Position numbers and translations under genes: made by a program. DNA of 32,000 nucleotides from Candidatus Methanoperedens sp. (GTDB lineage Archaea; Halobacteriota; Methanosarcinia; Methanosarcinales; Methanoperedenaceae): positions 360,001-392,000 of the forward strand of contig JBGQBI010000002.1 of NCBI GenBank assembly GCA_041494705.1, read 5' to 3'. The notes beneath the pieces are model-generated. The model saw only the letters and a program-made list of their open reading frames with translations, had not been told where the DNA came from and searched no databases. Shown piece by piece: positions 1 through 8,554 of this stretch (the first letter of the stretch is position 1; every line of letters starts with the position of its first letter).

Positions 1-390
1 TCGGAAATGGATGGTTTCAATCCGAGAGGAAATGTCAGGATTATAGCGGCTACGAACAGGCCGGATATTCTTGATTCTGCACTTTTAAGGCCGGGAAGAT
101 TTGACCGGTTTATTTCAATTCCGATGCCCAATAAGGAAACAAGGGCTGTGATTTTGAGAATCCATTCAAGGAGGATGAAGCTTTCAGAGAGTGTTGATTT
201 TAATGAGCTTGCCTCAACTACCGAAGGCGCGAATGGTTCTGATCTCAAGGCAATCGCTATGGAAGCCGGGATGTTTGCAGTACGCGAAGAACGGTGCAAC
301 GTAGGTATGGAAGATTTCCGCAATGCTATAAAAAAATTGATGATTCCGACTACTAAACCGAACCTGCATTCTGAAGGAATGTTTGCCTGA
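1..390 (+). CDS. pan: Proteasome-activating nucleotidase (PAN, AAA+ ATPase), C-terminal part; the 5' end lies outside the window
   Basis: Frame 1 is open from base 1. The translation carries IIAATNRPDILDSALLRPGRFDR (AAA+ second region of homology / Arg finger) and the C-terminal lid GSDLKAIAMEAGMFAVRE, typical of PAN/Rpt ATPases. Stop TGA at 388-390. Confidence 0.88.
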   Translation, partial: SEMDGFNPRGNVRIIAATNRPDILDSALLRPGRFDRFISIPMPNKETRAVILRIHSRRMKLSESVDFNELASTTEGANGSDLKAIAMEAGMFAVREERCNVGMEDFRNAIKKLMIPTTKPNLHSEGMFA

Positions 391-526
391 TTATCAGATG
401 AAAAATGGACGTTTTTTTCGGATTGAATTTAATCGATTTTGTTGGGACTATTGTTGTCTTGTTTCAAATTGTGGTAATCTATTTCATGGTGATTGTGTAT
501 AGAGTATCAAATCTGCCGAGGCATTG

Positions 527-895
527 ATGGAAACAATTGCGAACATGCTTGAGAAAATACTTAACGACCTGCAAACAGTCGGAGGTATCGAATTTTCCGC
601 CATTGTTTCGAAACAGGGATTGCTGATGGTTTCTAAGGAGACAGTAGCCGGGTTTAATAGCGAAGCGTTTGCTGCGTTAACAGCTACCCTGTATATGTCG
701 GCAGAATCAACAACACTGCGTCTTAGCGACCAGAAGCCTAAATCCATCATAGTCGAAACTGAGGATAAACACCTCATAACATATACTGCAGGTCCGGATG
801 CATTGATTGTGGTCCTGGTTGGAAAGGAGGGGTATATTGGCTTGATTCTTAATGAGTTAAAAAAGGCTGCTGAAAAAGTCAAGAATCTTATTTAA
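527..895 (+). CDS. Roadblock/LC7 (MglB-like) domain protein
   Basis: About 122 aa, with the size and pattern of archaeal Roadblock/LC7 proteins (LQTVGGIEFSAIVSKQGLLM...ALIVVLVGKEGYIGL). The ORF-track start at 524 is a TTG; the adjacent ATG at 527 is preferred. Confidence 0.7.
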   Translation: METIANMLEKILNDLQTVGGIEFSAIVSKQGLLMVSKETVAGFNSEAFAALTATLYMSAESTTLRLSDQKPKSIIVETEDKHLITYTAGPDALIVVLVGKEGYIGLILNELKKAAEKVKNLI

Positions 896-972
896 AGTTT
901 TATGAGCGAGAAATCTTTTTATTGGACAATTTTCAACAGTTTAAAATAGTCCGCAGAAAACTATAATAAGAC

Positions 973-1545
973 ATGCGACAAAAGCTTATTGGGAATAAAA
1001 TGAGCCTTAAGCTCTTATTATTGATTCTCCTGCTTGCGATAGTCTCAGGATGTATCGCAAAGGAAAATGAGGTAAACAATATGGAAAAGTTTTCTATTTC
1101 ATCGGAGGTGTTTAAAGAAAACGGGATGATACCAGACGAATATACGTGCGAGGGTGAAGATAATTCACCTCCGCTGTCATGGCAAGGGTTGCCGGCCGGT
1201 ACCAAGAGTATCGCATTGATAATGGACGACCCGGATGCTCCCGGGAGGACGTTCGTTCACTGGGTTATTTATAATATCCCGGGAAGCACGCAAAAACTGG
1301 CAAAAGGCATACCAGGGAAAGAAAAACTGGCTGATGGAAGCCTTCAGGGAATGACGGATTTCGGAAGAGCCGGATACGGAGGGCCGTGTCCTCCTCCAGG
1401 GAAGCCTCACAGATATTTTTTCAAAATTTATGCCATTGATAAAATACTTGATTTACCTTCCAAAGCGTCCAAAGAAGATGTGGAAACTGCAATGAAGGGG
1501 CATATACTCGCGAAAGGCGAACTAATTGGCAAATACGCAAGATAG
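973..1545 (+). CDS. YbhB/YbcL-family phosphatidylethanolamine-binding protein (PEBP, Raf-kinase-inhibitor-like), secreted or lipid-anchored
   Basis: PEBP signature region [19 protein letters not shown] and [23 protein letters not shown]-like. The N-terminal signal peptide has a lipobox-like LAIVSGC. An alternative ATG lies at 1000. Confidence 0.85.
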   Translation: [190 protein letters not shown]

Positions 1546-1617
1546 GTGCATACCGGAATTGCCTTAAATTGTTTCTTTAACACAATTGATATAGGCTTTA
1601 ATGCGTTTAATGGACAT

Positions 1618-2043
1618 ATGAAAACGATCACGATTCGGATTGAAGACGATGTATTCAATAAAATCGAAGAGCTCAGGGGCTTAAAATCAAAGAGTGAATT
1701 TTATCGTAATTTAATTGAAGACTACCTGAATAAATCTGAAGACAATCTGAATAAGACCGAAGACGGCCTGAATAAACGTGAAGACAGCTTGAATATGCAT
1801 GAAGACGGTTTGAATAAACACGAAACCGATTTGAATAAATCTGAATATGTCCAGAATATCCTGAAAGAGAATGAGTCCATGAAAGCGGAATTGGCTCATA
1901 AGCAAGAGCTTTTAAAAATGGCCAATGATTGGATAAACGATATGCGAAACCATGTTGGTTTTCTGCAGTTTGAATATCAAAAAATAAGCGGCAGGCTGGC
2001 TCTGCCCGATGCCAGGAAGTGGTGGGAATTCTGGAAGAAATAG
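1618..2043 (+). CDS. Ribbon-helix-helix (CopG/Arc/MetJ-like) DNA-binding protein with a heptad-repeat coiled-coil region
   Basis: From the ATG at 1618 the N-terminus MKTITIRIEDDVFNKIEELRGLKSKSEFYRNLIEDYL fits the strand-helix-helix pattern. The ORF-track start at 1546 is a GTG abutting the previous stop and adds a non-conserved-looking leader. Confidence 0.6.
   Translation: MKTITIRIEDDVFNKIEELRGLKSKSEFYRNLIEDYLNKSEDNLNKTEDGLNKREDSLNMHEDGLNKHETDLNKSEYVQNILKENESMKAELAHKQELLKMANDWINDMRNHVGFLQFEYQKISGRLALPDARKWWEFWKK
1726..1851 (+). repeat. Six imperfect in-frame 21-nt tandem units inside the RHH gene (LNKxEDx heptads)
   Basis: Units start at 1726, 1747, 1768, 1789, 1810 and 1831. They translate to LNKSEDN, LNKTEDG, LNKREDS, LNMHEDG, LNKHETD and LNKSEYV. 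Confidence 0.9.
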
Positions 2044-2046
2044 GTA

Positions 2047-2131
2047 TGCGGGGGATGGGATTTGAACCCACGAACTCCTTCGAGATTAGCCCCTGAAGCT
2101 AACGCCTTTGACCGGACTGGGCGACCCCCGC
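2047..2131 (-). tRNA. tRNA-Leu (anticodon CAG), class II with long variable arm, no encoded CCA
   Basis: The reverse complement folds by hand. Acceptor GCGGGGG/CCCCCGC (7 bp), 3-bp D stem GCC/GGC, anticodon stem TTAGC/GCTAA with loop TTCAGGG (CAG). Variable arm stem CTC/GAG, T arm GTGGG-TTCAAAT-CCCAT, discriminator A. Confidence 0.88.
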
Positions 2132-2139
2132 ATTGAGGT

Positions 2140-3048
2140 TTACGACAATAATTTCAGCAGCAATGCCTTCTGGACATGCAGCCTGTTCTCAGCCTGGTCG
2201 AATACGGCTGATTTTGGCCCATCGACCACTTCTGCAGTAATTTCCTCGCCCCGATGGGCAGGAAGACAGTGCAGTACCATCACATCATGCTTAGCTTGTT
2301 CTAAAAGCTTGCTGTTGATCTGGTATGGCATGAAGTCATGCAATCTCTGGTCATATTCTTCCTCATCTCCCATGGAAACCCAGACATCTGTCGAGAGGAT
2401 ATCTGCATTTCTTGCAGCTTTCATAGGATCCCGGCTAATATTGACAATTCCTCCAAGCTCCTTTGCTTTTTCTACAATTTCCCGGTTCGGCTCATATCCT
2501 TCAGGGCATGCCACAGTCATTTTCATGCCTGTGAGCGCACATGCAAGAATTGCTGAATTGCAGACATTATTCCCATCGCCTATCCATGAAAAATTAAGCC
2601 CTTTGAATTTCCCTTTGTATTCGCGTATCGTGAGAAGGTCGGCAAGGAGCTGGCATGGGTGTTCCAGGTCAGATAAACCATTGATGACCGGCACAGTTGA
2701 GTTTTTTGATAATTCAATGAGAGTCTCATGTTTATACACCCGAGCCATAATCGCATGAACATAGCGCGACATAACACGGGCTGTATCAGCGACAGATTCC
2801 CCGCGCCCGAGCTGGATATCTTTATAATTAAGATATATCGCATGCCCGCCAAGCTCAGTCATCGCCGCTTCGAATGATATCCTCGTGCGGGTCGAAGATT
2901 TTTCAAAAAGCATGGCAAGCGTCCGGGATTTTACTAAACCTGACATTTTCCCGCGCACCCTTTTTTCTTTTAAATCGGATGCAGTATCAAGTAAATTGAT
3001 AATATCAGCGTATGATAAATCTGAGAGGGATAATAAATGAGATGGCAA
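2140..3048 (-). CDS. argF: Ornithine carbamoyltransferase
   Basis: Carbamoyl-phosphate motif [18 protein letters not shown], the ornithine-site DVWVSMG and [10 protein letters not shown]. About 302 aa. Confidence 0.92.
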   Translation of the reverse strand: MPSHLLSLSDLSYADIINLLDTASDLKEKRVRGKMSGLVKSRTLAMLFEKSSTRTRISFEAAMTELGGHAIYLNYKDIQLGRGESVADTARVMSRYVHAIMARVYKHETLIELSKNSTVPVINGLSDLEHPCQLLADLLTIREYKGKFKGLNFSWIGDGNNVCNSAILACALTGMKMTVACPEGYEPNREIVEKAKELGGIVNISRDPMKAARNADILSTDVWVSMGDEEEYDQRLHDFMPYQINSKLLEQAKHDVMVLHCLPAHRGEEITAEVVDGPKSAVFDQAENRLHVQKALLLKLLS

Positions 3049-3153
3049 AATCAGGACGCTCCTTGGTTAGTGCTACAAATGTAGATACTTATTTAAATTA
3101 CTTTTGATAAGTCATAAATAAGATGGTGTATATTTGAGAAAGCGGAGTTAGTA

Positions 3154-4260
3154 ATGAAGCTATATGAATATGATGCCAAGGAAATTTTCAAGAGAAACAG
3201 TATCCCGGTCCCGGAAGGCAGTCTTATCTCAAACCCTGGCGACGCAGGAAACATAGCCGGAAAACTTGGGCATGTAGTTATTAAAGCACAGGCCATGACC
3301 GGGGGGAGAGGAAAAGCCGGAGGCATAGCAACAGCATCAAACCCGCAGGAGGCATACCGGAGCGCACAGCGGATTCTGGGCATGTCCATCAAGGGATTGA
3401 CTGTGAATAAGCTCCTTGTCGAGGAATACAAAAAGCCGGATAAGGAAATGTATCTCGGGATTACCATAGATAGAGCCGCAAAATGCCCGCTCATAATGGT
3501 CAGTCCTGAAGGTGGCATCGATATCGAAGAGATTGCAAAGACCTCTCCTCAGAAAATTGTGAAAATGCACATCAATCCTCTCACAGGGATGCATGATTAC
3601 CAGGCAAGAATGCTCGCAAATTCACTTAATAAGAATAAATCATTGATGATTGCTGATATTATAAAAAAATTATACCGTGTTTTTATAGCTTATGATTGCA
3701 CGCTTGCCGAAATTAACCCTCTTGCAGATACACAGGATGGTATTTTTGCACTGGACGCCAAGGTGGTCATTGACGACAATGCGTTTTTCAGGCAGGATTT
3801 CAGGGAGGAAGAAACAGGCTCACTTGAAGAAACTGCAAAGAAAAACGGCATGAGCTATGTGGGTCTTGATGGGGATATCGGGTGCATTGTCAATGGCGCC
3901 GGTCTTGCCATGGCAACTCTTGACATGATTAAACAATATGGAGGCGAGCCTGCCAATTTCATGGATGTAAGAGCAGGGGCAAATGAAGAACAGATGAAAA
4001 ATGCCCTGAATATTGTCTCATCTAATAAGAAGGTAAAAGCCATAATCATTAACATTTTTGGCGGTCTCACCAAATGCGATGAGGTCGCCCGCGGGATTAT
4101 TGATATAATTCCGGAAATAAAAGTACCGCTTGTAATCAGGCTTGCGGGGACGAATGAGGATGAAGGGCGGAATATGCTTGGGAAACATGGAATAACACTT
4201 GCATCATCAAGCGAAGAAGCAGCATCGGTGGTGGTTAAAATTGGGAATTCTGATAGATAA
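3154..4260 (+). CDS. sucC: Succinate--CoA ligase (ADP-forming) beta subunit
   Basis: N-terminus MKLYEYDAKEIFKRNSIPVP, ATP-grasp region VIKAQAMTGGRGKAGGI, and a C-terminal CoA-ligase domain GCIVNGAGLAMATLDMI...NIFGGLTKCDEVA. GGAG-like RBS at 3142-3147. Confidence 0.9.
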   Translation: MKLYEYDAKEIFKRNSIPVPEGSLISNPGDAGNIAGKLGHVVIKAQAMTGGRGKAGGIATASNPQEAYRSAQRILGMSIKGLTVNKLLVEEYKKPDKEMYLGITIDRAAKCPLIMVSPEGGIDIEEIAKTSPQKIVKMHINPLTGMHDYQARMLANSLNKNKSLMIADIIKKLYRVFIAYDCTLAEINPLADTQDGIFALDAKVVIDDNAFFRQDFREEETGSLEETAKKNGMSYVGLDGDIGCIVNGAGLAMATLDMIKQYGGEPANFMDVRAGANEEQMKNALNIVSSNKKVKAIIINIFGGLTKCDEVARGIIDIIPEIKVPLVIRLAGTNEDEGRNMLGKHGITLASSSEEAASVVVKIGNSDR

Positions 4261-5104
4261 GGATACACGGGTTTTGGTGCAGGGGATTACGGGACACGAG
4301 GGCTCATTCCAGACAAAACAGATGCAGGAATTCGGTACCAATATTGTTGCAGGGGTCACACCCGGAAAAGGGGGCAGCGAGGTATATGGAATTGCAGTGT
4401 TTGACTCCGTGTCCGAGGCTGCTGGAGAAACAAACCCTGACACCTCTGTAATTTTTGTCCCGCCAAGATTCGCAGCGGATGCTATTTTTGAAGCTATAGA
4501 CAGCGGAATTGAATTGATTGTCTGTATAACAGAAGGCATTCCAGTGCATGATATGATGCGTGTATGCTCTTATCTTGAAAGCGCGTCGTCAAGGCTTATC
4601 GGTCCGAATTGCCCGGGAATTACAACACCTGGGGAATCAAAATTAGGAATAATGCCAAATTCCATTCACAGGCAGGGGAATATCGGACTGGTATCAAGAA
4701 GCGGTACGCTTACTTATGAGATTATAGACCTTTTATCAAGAAATGGAATCGGGCAATCCACATCCGTGGGTATTGGAGGGGATCCTGTAATCGGGACATC
4801 ATTCGTGGATGTATTGGAATTCTTCGAAAAAGACCCGAAAACCCATGCAGTTGTGCTGGTGGGTGAGATAGGCGGGACAGCGGAAGAAGATTCCATCGGA
4901 TTCATAAAACAGATGAGTAAACCAGTTATAGGTTACGTCGTGGGAATTTCTGCGCCGCCCGGGAAGACAATGGGCCATGCCGGTGCGATTGCCTCACCGG
5001 GAACGGGTACGGCGCTTGAAAAAATAGCGGCTTTTGAAAATGCGGACATCCCGGTCGCAAAAAGCCCCACGGGGATAGTTGAGATGATAAAGGATAGATT
5101 ATAG
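4241..5104 (+). CDS. sucD: Succinate--CoA ligase alpha subunit
   Basis: [30 protein letters not shown] and the active-site His region GHAGAI. The likely start is TTG at 4241, preceded by GGTGGTGG at 4227-4234. The ORF-track ATG at 4199 would add a basic, non-conserved leader overlapping sucC by 62 nt. Confidence 0.88.
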   Translation: MGILIDKDTRVLVQGITGHEGSFQTKQMQEFGTNIVAGVTPGKGGSEVYGIAVFDSVSEAAGETNPDTSVIFVPPRFAADAIFEAIDSGIELIVCITEGIPVHDMMRVCSYLESASSRLIGPNCPGITTPGESKLGIMPNSIHRQGNIGLVSRSGTLTYEIIDLLSRNGIGQSTSVGIGGDPVIGTSFVDVLEFFEKDPKTHAVVLVGEIGGTAEEDSIGFIKQMSKPVIGYVVGISAPPGKTMGHAGAIASPGTGTALEKIAAFENADIPVAKSPTGIVEMIKDRL

Positions 5105-5489
5105 ATATTCCGAATGCTCTATTTATGAGCGGTGTAAAGAGATTCGGATGGTTGAAAAAAAATACATTTTTGTATTTTTATTTAATTCTTGCCCTGAAAT
5201 ACCATCTTAATTCGACAATAAGTGAATACCAAATCGTCAATTGTGCCCATGCATGCAGATTTTGACCACAAAAGATTAATAAGGGTACTTACTATAAACG
5301 AAATGTAATCCATGACGGGATTAATCGAGGGTGATGAAAATCGTCTTTGACCTGCCAGTGTGCAGGAAAATGACGGTTTAGCGATAGCGATGGAATAAAA
5401 GTTCCGTCTTTAATTACTATCACTCTTGCCGTGAAAATGGCATCTCGAAGGAGAAAATTAAACCATATAAAATATGGAGGTAAAGAATA

Positions 5490-7631
5490 ATGAGTAAAAA
5501 AATAATAGCAAGTGCATTAGCGGTGTTAATGTTATTAATAGTAGCATTACCTGCAGGTGCACAAATACAGGCTACCAGCGTGGAAGTAAGAGGTGAAGTG
5601 TATAATAATGCAACTACACCCCATGTTCCAAACGCGACTGGTTACGGAGAAGCAAGCTGGAATGCGTATAACTTCGCAGGGTTCTGGTATGACCTGAAGA
5701 ACGGTCTTATGAGCGAGACTATGGTAATAACCGACCTATCAGCTGATAACAGGACCATTCAGCAGAAGGGTATGTGGTATAACACCACAGAGCAGATTGT
5801 ACAGTATAAGGTCAACGAAGCAAACACCAGTAACTATGTAGAGCAGGGTTATACTTCTGCAGGTGTTAAGGATTCTACTCTAGGTACCCGCTACTATAAG
5901 ATAGGCTGGCAGGCACAGCAGTACGTTGCCCTCAACGGCAAAGCCAAGAAGCTTGTCCCGCTGTTAATCGAGCAGGGTTCAGCTTCATCTGAGAAGAAGA
6001 CTCTTACTGTCGGCGAGTCATGGGATATTGGAGGAGGCTGGACATTGACCGCACAGTCGATAGATGCCAAGGCATCCCCAAGACAGGCATGGCTCGTACT
6101 CAGCAAGGACGGCGTCAAGAAAGATGACAAGGTAATTGCTCAGGGCAAGGTCTATACCTATGTTGAGAAGAGCATAGGCGGCGAGTCCGATACTCCGATA
6201 TTCGTTACATATGTAGACAGTGTGTTCGCAGGTGCAACCAGTGATATGGTGCAGCTCAGATACACATGGGCAGTAGATACAAGTGTAACAGAAATCAAGG
6301 GTGGAGACAAGTTCGGTGTCATGAAAGTCAGCGATGCTGGCGATGTCACGCTTAAACTGTGGAACGAGGATAGTTCATTGAGTCTGTCCAAGGATTCAAT
6401 CGTGGATATAATGGGCAACCTGAAGTTCAGTGTTGCAGATAACGATACCGCAAGGTTCTATCCAGTAGTTACAAGAACCACACCAGGAACTTGGGAAGTA
6501 AGAGGTGAAGTGTTTGATAACAGCACCCATGTTCCAAACGCGCTTGGTTACGGAGTAACAAGCTGGAATGCGTATAACTTCGCAGGGTTCTGGTATGACC
6601 TGAAGAACGGTCTTATGAGCGAGAATATGGTAATAACCGACCTAGCGACTGGTAACAGGACCATTAACCAGAAGGGTATGTGGTATAACACCACAGAGGC
6701 GATTGTACAGTATAAGGTCAACGAAGCAAACGCCAGTAACTACGTAGAACAGGGTTATACTTCTGCAGGTGTTAAGTCGTCTACTCTAGGTACCCGCTAC
6801 TATAAGATAGGCTGGCAGGCACAGCAGTACGTTGCCCTCAACGGCAAAGCCAAGAAGCTTGTCCAACTGTTAATCGAGCAGGGTTCAGCTACATCTGAGA
6901 AGAAGACTCTTACTGTCGGCGAGACATGGGATATTGGAGGAGGCTGGACATTGACCGCACAGTCGATAGATGCCAAGGCATCCCCAAGACAGGCATGGCT
7001 CGTACTCAGCAAGGACGGCGTCAAGAAAGACGATAAGGTAATTGCTCAGGGCGGTGTCTACACCTATGTTGAGAAGAGCATAGGCGGCGAGTCCGATACT
7101 CCGATATTCGTTACATATATAGACAGTGTGTTCGCAGGTGCAACCAGTGATATGGTGCAACTCAGATACACATGGGCAGTAGATACAAGTGTAACAGAAA
7201 TCAAGGGTGGAGACAAGTTCGGTGTCCTGAAAGTCAGCGATGCTGGCGATACCACGCTTAAACTGTGGAACGAGGATAGTTCATTGAGTCTGTCCAAGGA
7301 TTCAACCGTGGATGTAATGGGCAACCTGAAGTTCAGAGTTGCAGATAACGATACCCCAAGGTTCTATCCAGTAGTTGACTACGTGATTGGCGTAACAGGA
7401 ACAGAGACAGGAACAGGCACAGCAACAGTAACCGGAACAGGAACTGCAAAACCGACCGGTAATGCAACAGGAACAGGCACAGCAACAGTAACCGAAACAG
7501 GAACAGCAACCGGAACAGCAACCGGAACAGCGAAACCAACCGCAACGGCAAAAGAGCCGGGCTTTGAGGCAGTGTTCGCAATTGCAGGCTTGCTTGCAGT
7601 AGCGTTCCTAGTGCTGAGACAGAGAAAGTAA
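5490..7631 (+). CDS. S-layer protein: signal peptide, two tandem S-layer duplication (DUF1608-type) domains, Thr/Gly-rich linker, PGF-CTERM anchor
   Basis: Strong RBS GGAGGT at 5476-5481 and signal peptide MSKKIIASALAVLMLLIVALPAGA. Two roughly 300-aa near-identical halves, many N-x-S/T sequons, C-terminus PGFEAVFAIAGLLAVAFLVLRQRK. The architecture matches what is established for the Methanosarcina major S-layer protein. Confidence 0.85.
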   Translation: MSKKIIASALAVLMLLIVALPAGAQIQATSVEVRGEVYNNATTPHVPNATGYGEASWNAYNFAGFWYDLKNGLMSETMVITDLSADNRTIQQKGMWYNTTEQIVQYKVNEANTSNYVEQGYTSAGVKDSTLGTRYYKIGWQAQQYVALNGKAKKLVPLLIEQGSASSEKKTLTVGESWDIGGGWTLTAQSIDAKASPRQAWLVLSKDGVKKDDKVIAQGKVYTYVEKSIGGESDTPIFVTYVDSVFAGATSDMVQLRYTWAVDTSVTEIKGGDKFGVMKVSDAGDVTLKLWNEDSSLSLSKDSIVDIMGNLKFSVADNDTARFYPVVTRTTPGTWEVRGEVFDNSTHVPNALGYGVTSWNAYNFAGFWYDLKNGLMSENMVITDLATGNRTINQKGMWYNTTEAIVQYKVNEANASNYVEQGYTSAGVKSSTLGTRYYKIGWQAQQYVALNGKAKKLVQLLIEQGSATSEKKTLTVGETWDIGGGWTLTAQSIDAKASPRQAWLVLSKDGVKKDDKVIAQGGVYTYVEKSIGGESDTPIFVTYIDSVFAGATSDMVQLRYTWAVDTSVTEIKGGDKFGVLKVSDAGDTTLKLWNEDSSLSLSKDSTVDVMGNLKFRVADNDTPRFYPVVDYVIGVTGTETGTGTATVTGTGTAKPTGNATGTGTATVTETGTATGTATGTAKPTATAKEPGFEAVFAIAGLLAVAFLVLRQRK
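5580..6470 (+). repeat. S-layer internal duplication, copy 1
   Basis: Aligns to 6492-7376 at an offset of 912 nt, then 906 nt after a 6-nt indel. Long runs are identical, for example agctggaatgcgtataacttcgcagggttctggtatgacctgaagaacggtcttatgagcgaga at 5655 and 6561. Confidence 0.95.
6492..7376 (+). repeat. S-layer internal duplication, copy 2
   Basis: See copy 1. Both copies end with ...aggttctatccagtagtt (RFYPVV). Confidence 0.95.
7392..7553 (+). repeat. Low-complexity Thr/Gly(Ala)-coding linker containing a 60-nt periodic repeat
   Basis: 7407-7444 and 7467-7504 are identical except for one base (acaggaacaggcacagcaacagtaaccgRaacaggaac). The region translates to TGTETGTGTATVTGTGTAKPTGNATGTGTATVTETGTATGTATGTAKP. 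Confidence 0.9.
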
Positions 7632-7643
7632 ATATATAAATTC

Positions 7644-7678
7644 GAAGGGAGCAATCCCTTCACATTTTCTTTTTTTTT
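7644..7678 (+). terminator. Hairpin plus oligo-T terminator after the S-layer gene
   Basis: Stem gaaggga (7644-7650) / tcccttc (7655-7661) with loop gcaa, followed by ttttcttttttttt (7665-7678). Confidence 0.6.
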
Positions 7679-7753
7679 AGAAGTGTTTAGTTATAGTCCA
7701 AACTGATTTTCATAAAACAAACCTATAAATCTTCTCTCTCCAACATTGGGTCG

Positions 7754-8554
7754 ATGGATGAAATTGCCCGCTCCGTAAACATGCTGTACGAGAGATATCC
7801 ATATCCCTCTCTCCCAATCCGCAATGAACGTGACCTTGTAAGTAAACTCCACGCAAATGTCATGTCAAAAATCCTTTCCACCGCGGGATTGGAGCCCCGC
7901 TCACTTTGCGGGAAAGAAGTGCTTGACGCTGGCTGCGGGACAGGGGAAAAGTCATGCTATTTTTCATATTACGGCGCCAACGTGACTGCGCTTGACCTCA
8001 GCAATTCCTCGCTTGAGGCTGGAAGAAGACTTGCGGAAAAATTCAAATTAAAGGTTGATTTTAACAGGTGCGACATCGCAGAATTAAAAACCGAAAAAAA
8101 GTTTGACCACATATTCTGTCTCGGGGTGCTGCATCATACCAGCGACCCGTACATGCGTTTTCATGTGCTTGCAGGACTTTGTAAACCAGGCGGGACTATT
8201 ACCGTGGGATTATATAATCGATATGGCAGATTTATTCACAGGGTAAGAAGGACATGGATAAAATTGAATGCAGGCGAGGATCTCCAGAAGCGAATGTCAT
8301 TTGTTGAAAGCTCGATATACAGAGGGAAATTCAAGAATACGCATGAACAGGCTTATGCTGCGGATAAGTATGCCAACCCCTATGAGAGTTATCATTCAGT
8401 CAGGGAGGTAATTGGCTGGTTCAATAAAAATAATGTAACTTATATTGGTTCACATCCGCGTACCGGAACAGGAAAGCTTCAAATTTTTTTATCCGAATTA
8501 AAGTGGTTAACCAAAAGGAATGGCTTTTTCATAATATCAGGCAGGAAAAATTGA
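7754..8554 (+). CDS. Class I SAM-dependent methyltransferase, substrate unknown
   Basis: Motif I VLDAGCGTGEKS, post-I acidic residue in VTALDLS, motif II/III FDHIFCLGVLHH...LCKPGGTI. N-terminal YERYPYP stretch. Confidence 0.8.
   Translation: MDEIARSVNMLYERYPYPSLPIRNERDLVSKLHANVMSKILSTAGLEPRSLCGKEVLDAGCGTGEKSCYFSYYGANVTALDLSNSSLEAGRRLAEKFKLKVDFNRCDIAELKTEKKFDHIFCLGVLHHTSDPYMRFHVLAGLCKPGGTITVGLYNRYGRFIHRVRRTWIKLNAGEDLQKRMSFVESSIYRGKFKNTHEQAYAADKYANPYESYHSVREVIGWFNKNNVTYIGSHPRTGTGKLQIFLSELKWLTKRNGFFIISGRKN

Noticed and set aside
973-2131. Possible integrated mobile element at the 3' end of tRNA-Leu, given that an RHH gene abuts the tRNA.
   Set aside because: There is no integrase, and I found no second copy of the tRNA 3' half (tgcgggggatgggatttgaaccc) in the window. 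The flanking genes are ordinary housekeeping genes. I kept only the RHH-repeat observation.
4199-4240. The ATG at 4199 as the sucD start, and likewise ORF-track starts 1546 (RHH), 8503 (LplA-like), 25436 (folD), 20498 (marker 8) and 15928 (mtrF).
   Set aside because: These extended starts add non-conserved N-terminal residues and create long overlaps with the upstream gene. Downstream starts with RBS-like sequences, or with stop-start coupling, reproduce the canonical family N-termini.
5331-5337. C-box-like GTGATGA in the S-layer upstream spacer, with another on the minus strand near 19520, hinting at a C/D-box sRNA.
   Set aside because: No CTGA D or D' box lies within the expected 50-70 nt, and there are no terminal pairing stems.
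7392-7553. Periodic 60-nt repeat that could be mistaken for a mini CRISPR array or microsatellite.
   Set aside because: It is in frame inside the S-layer gene and encodes a Thr/Gly/Ala linker. There are only about two units, no spacer-like unique segments, and no leader or cas genes.
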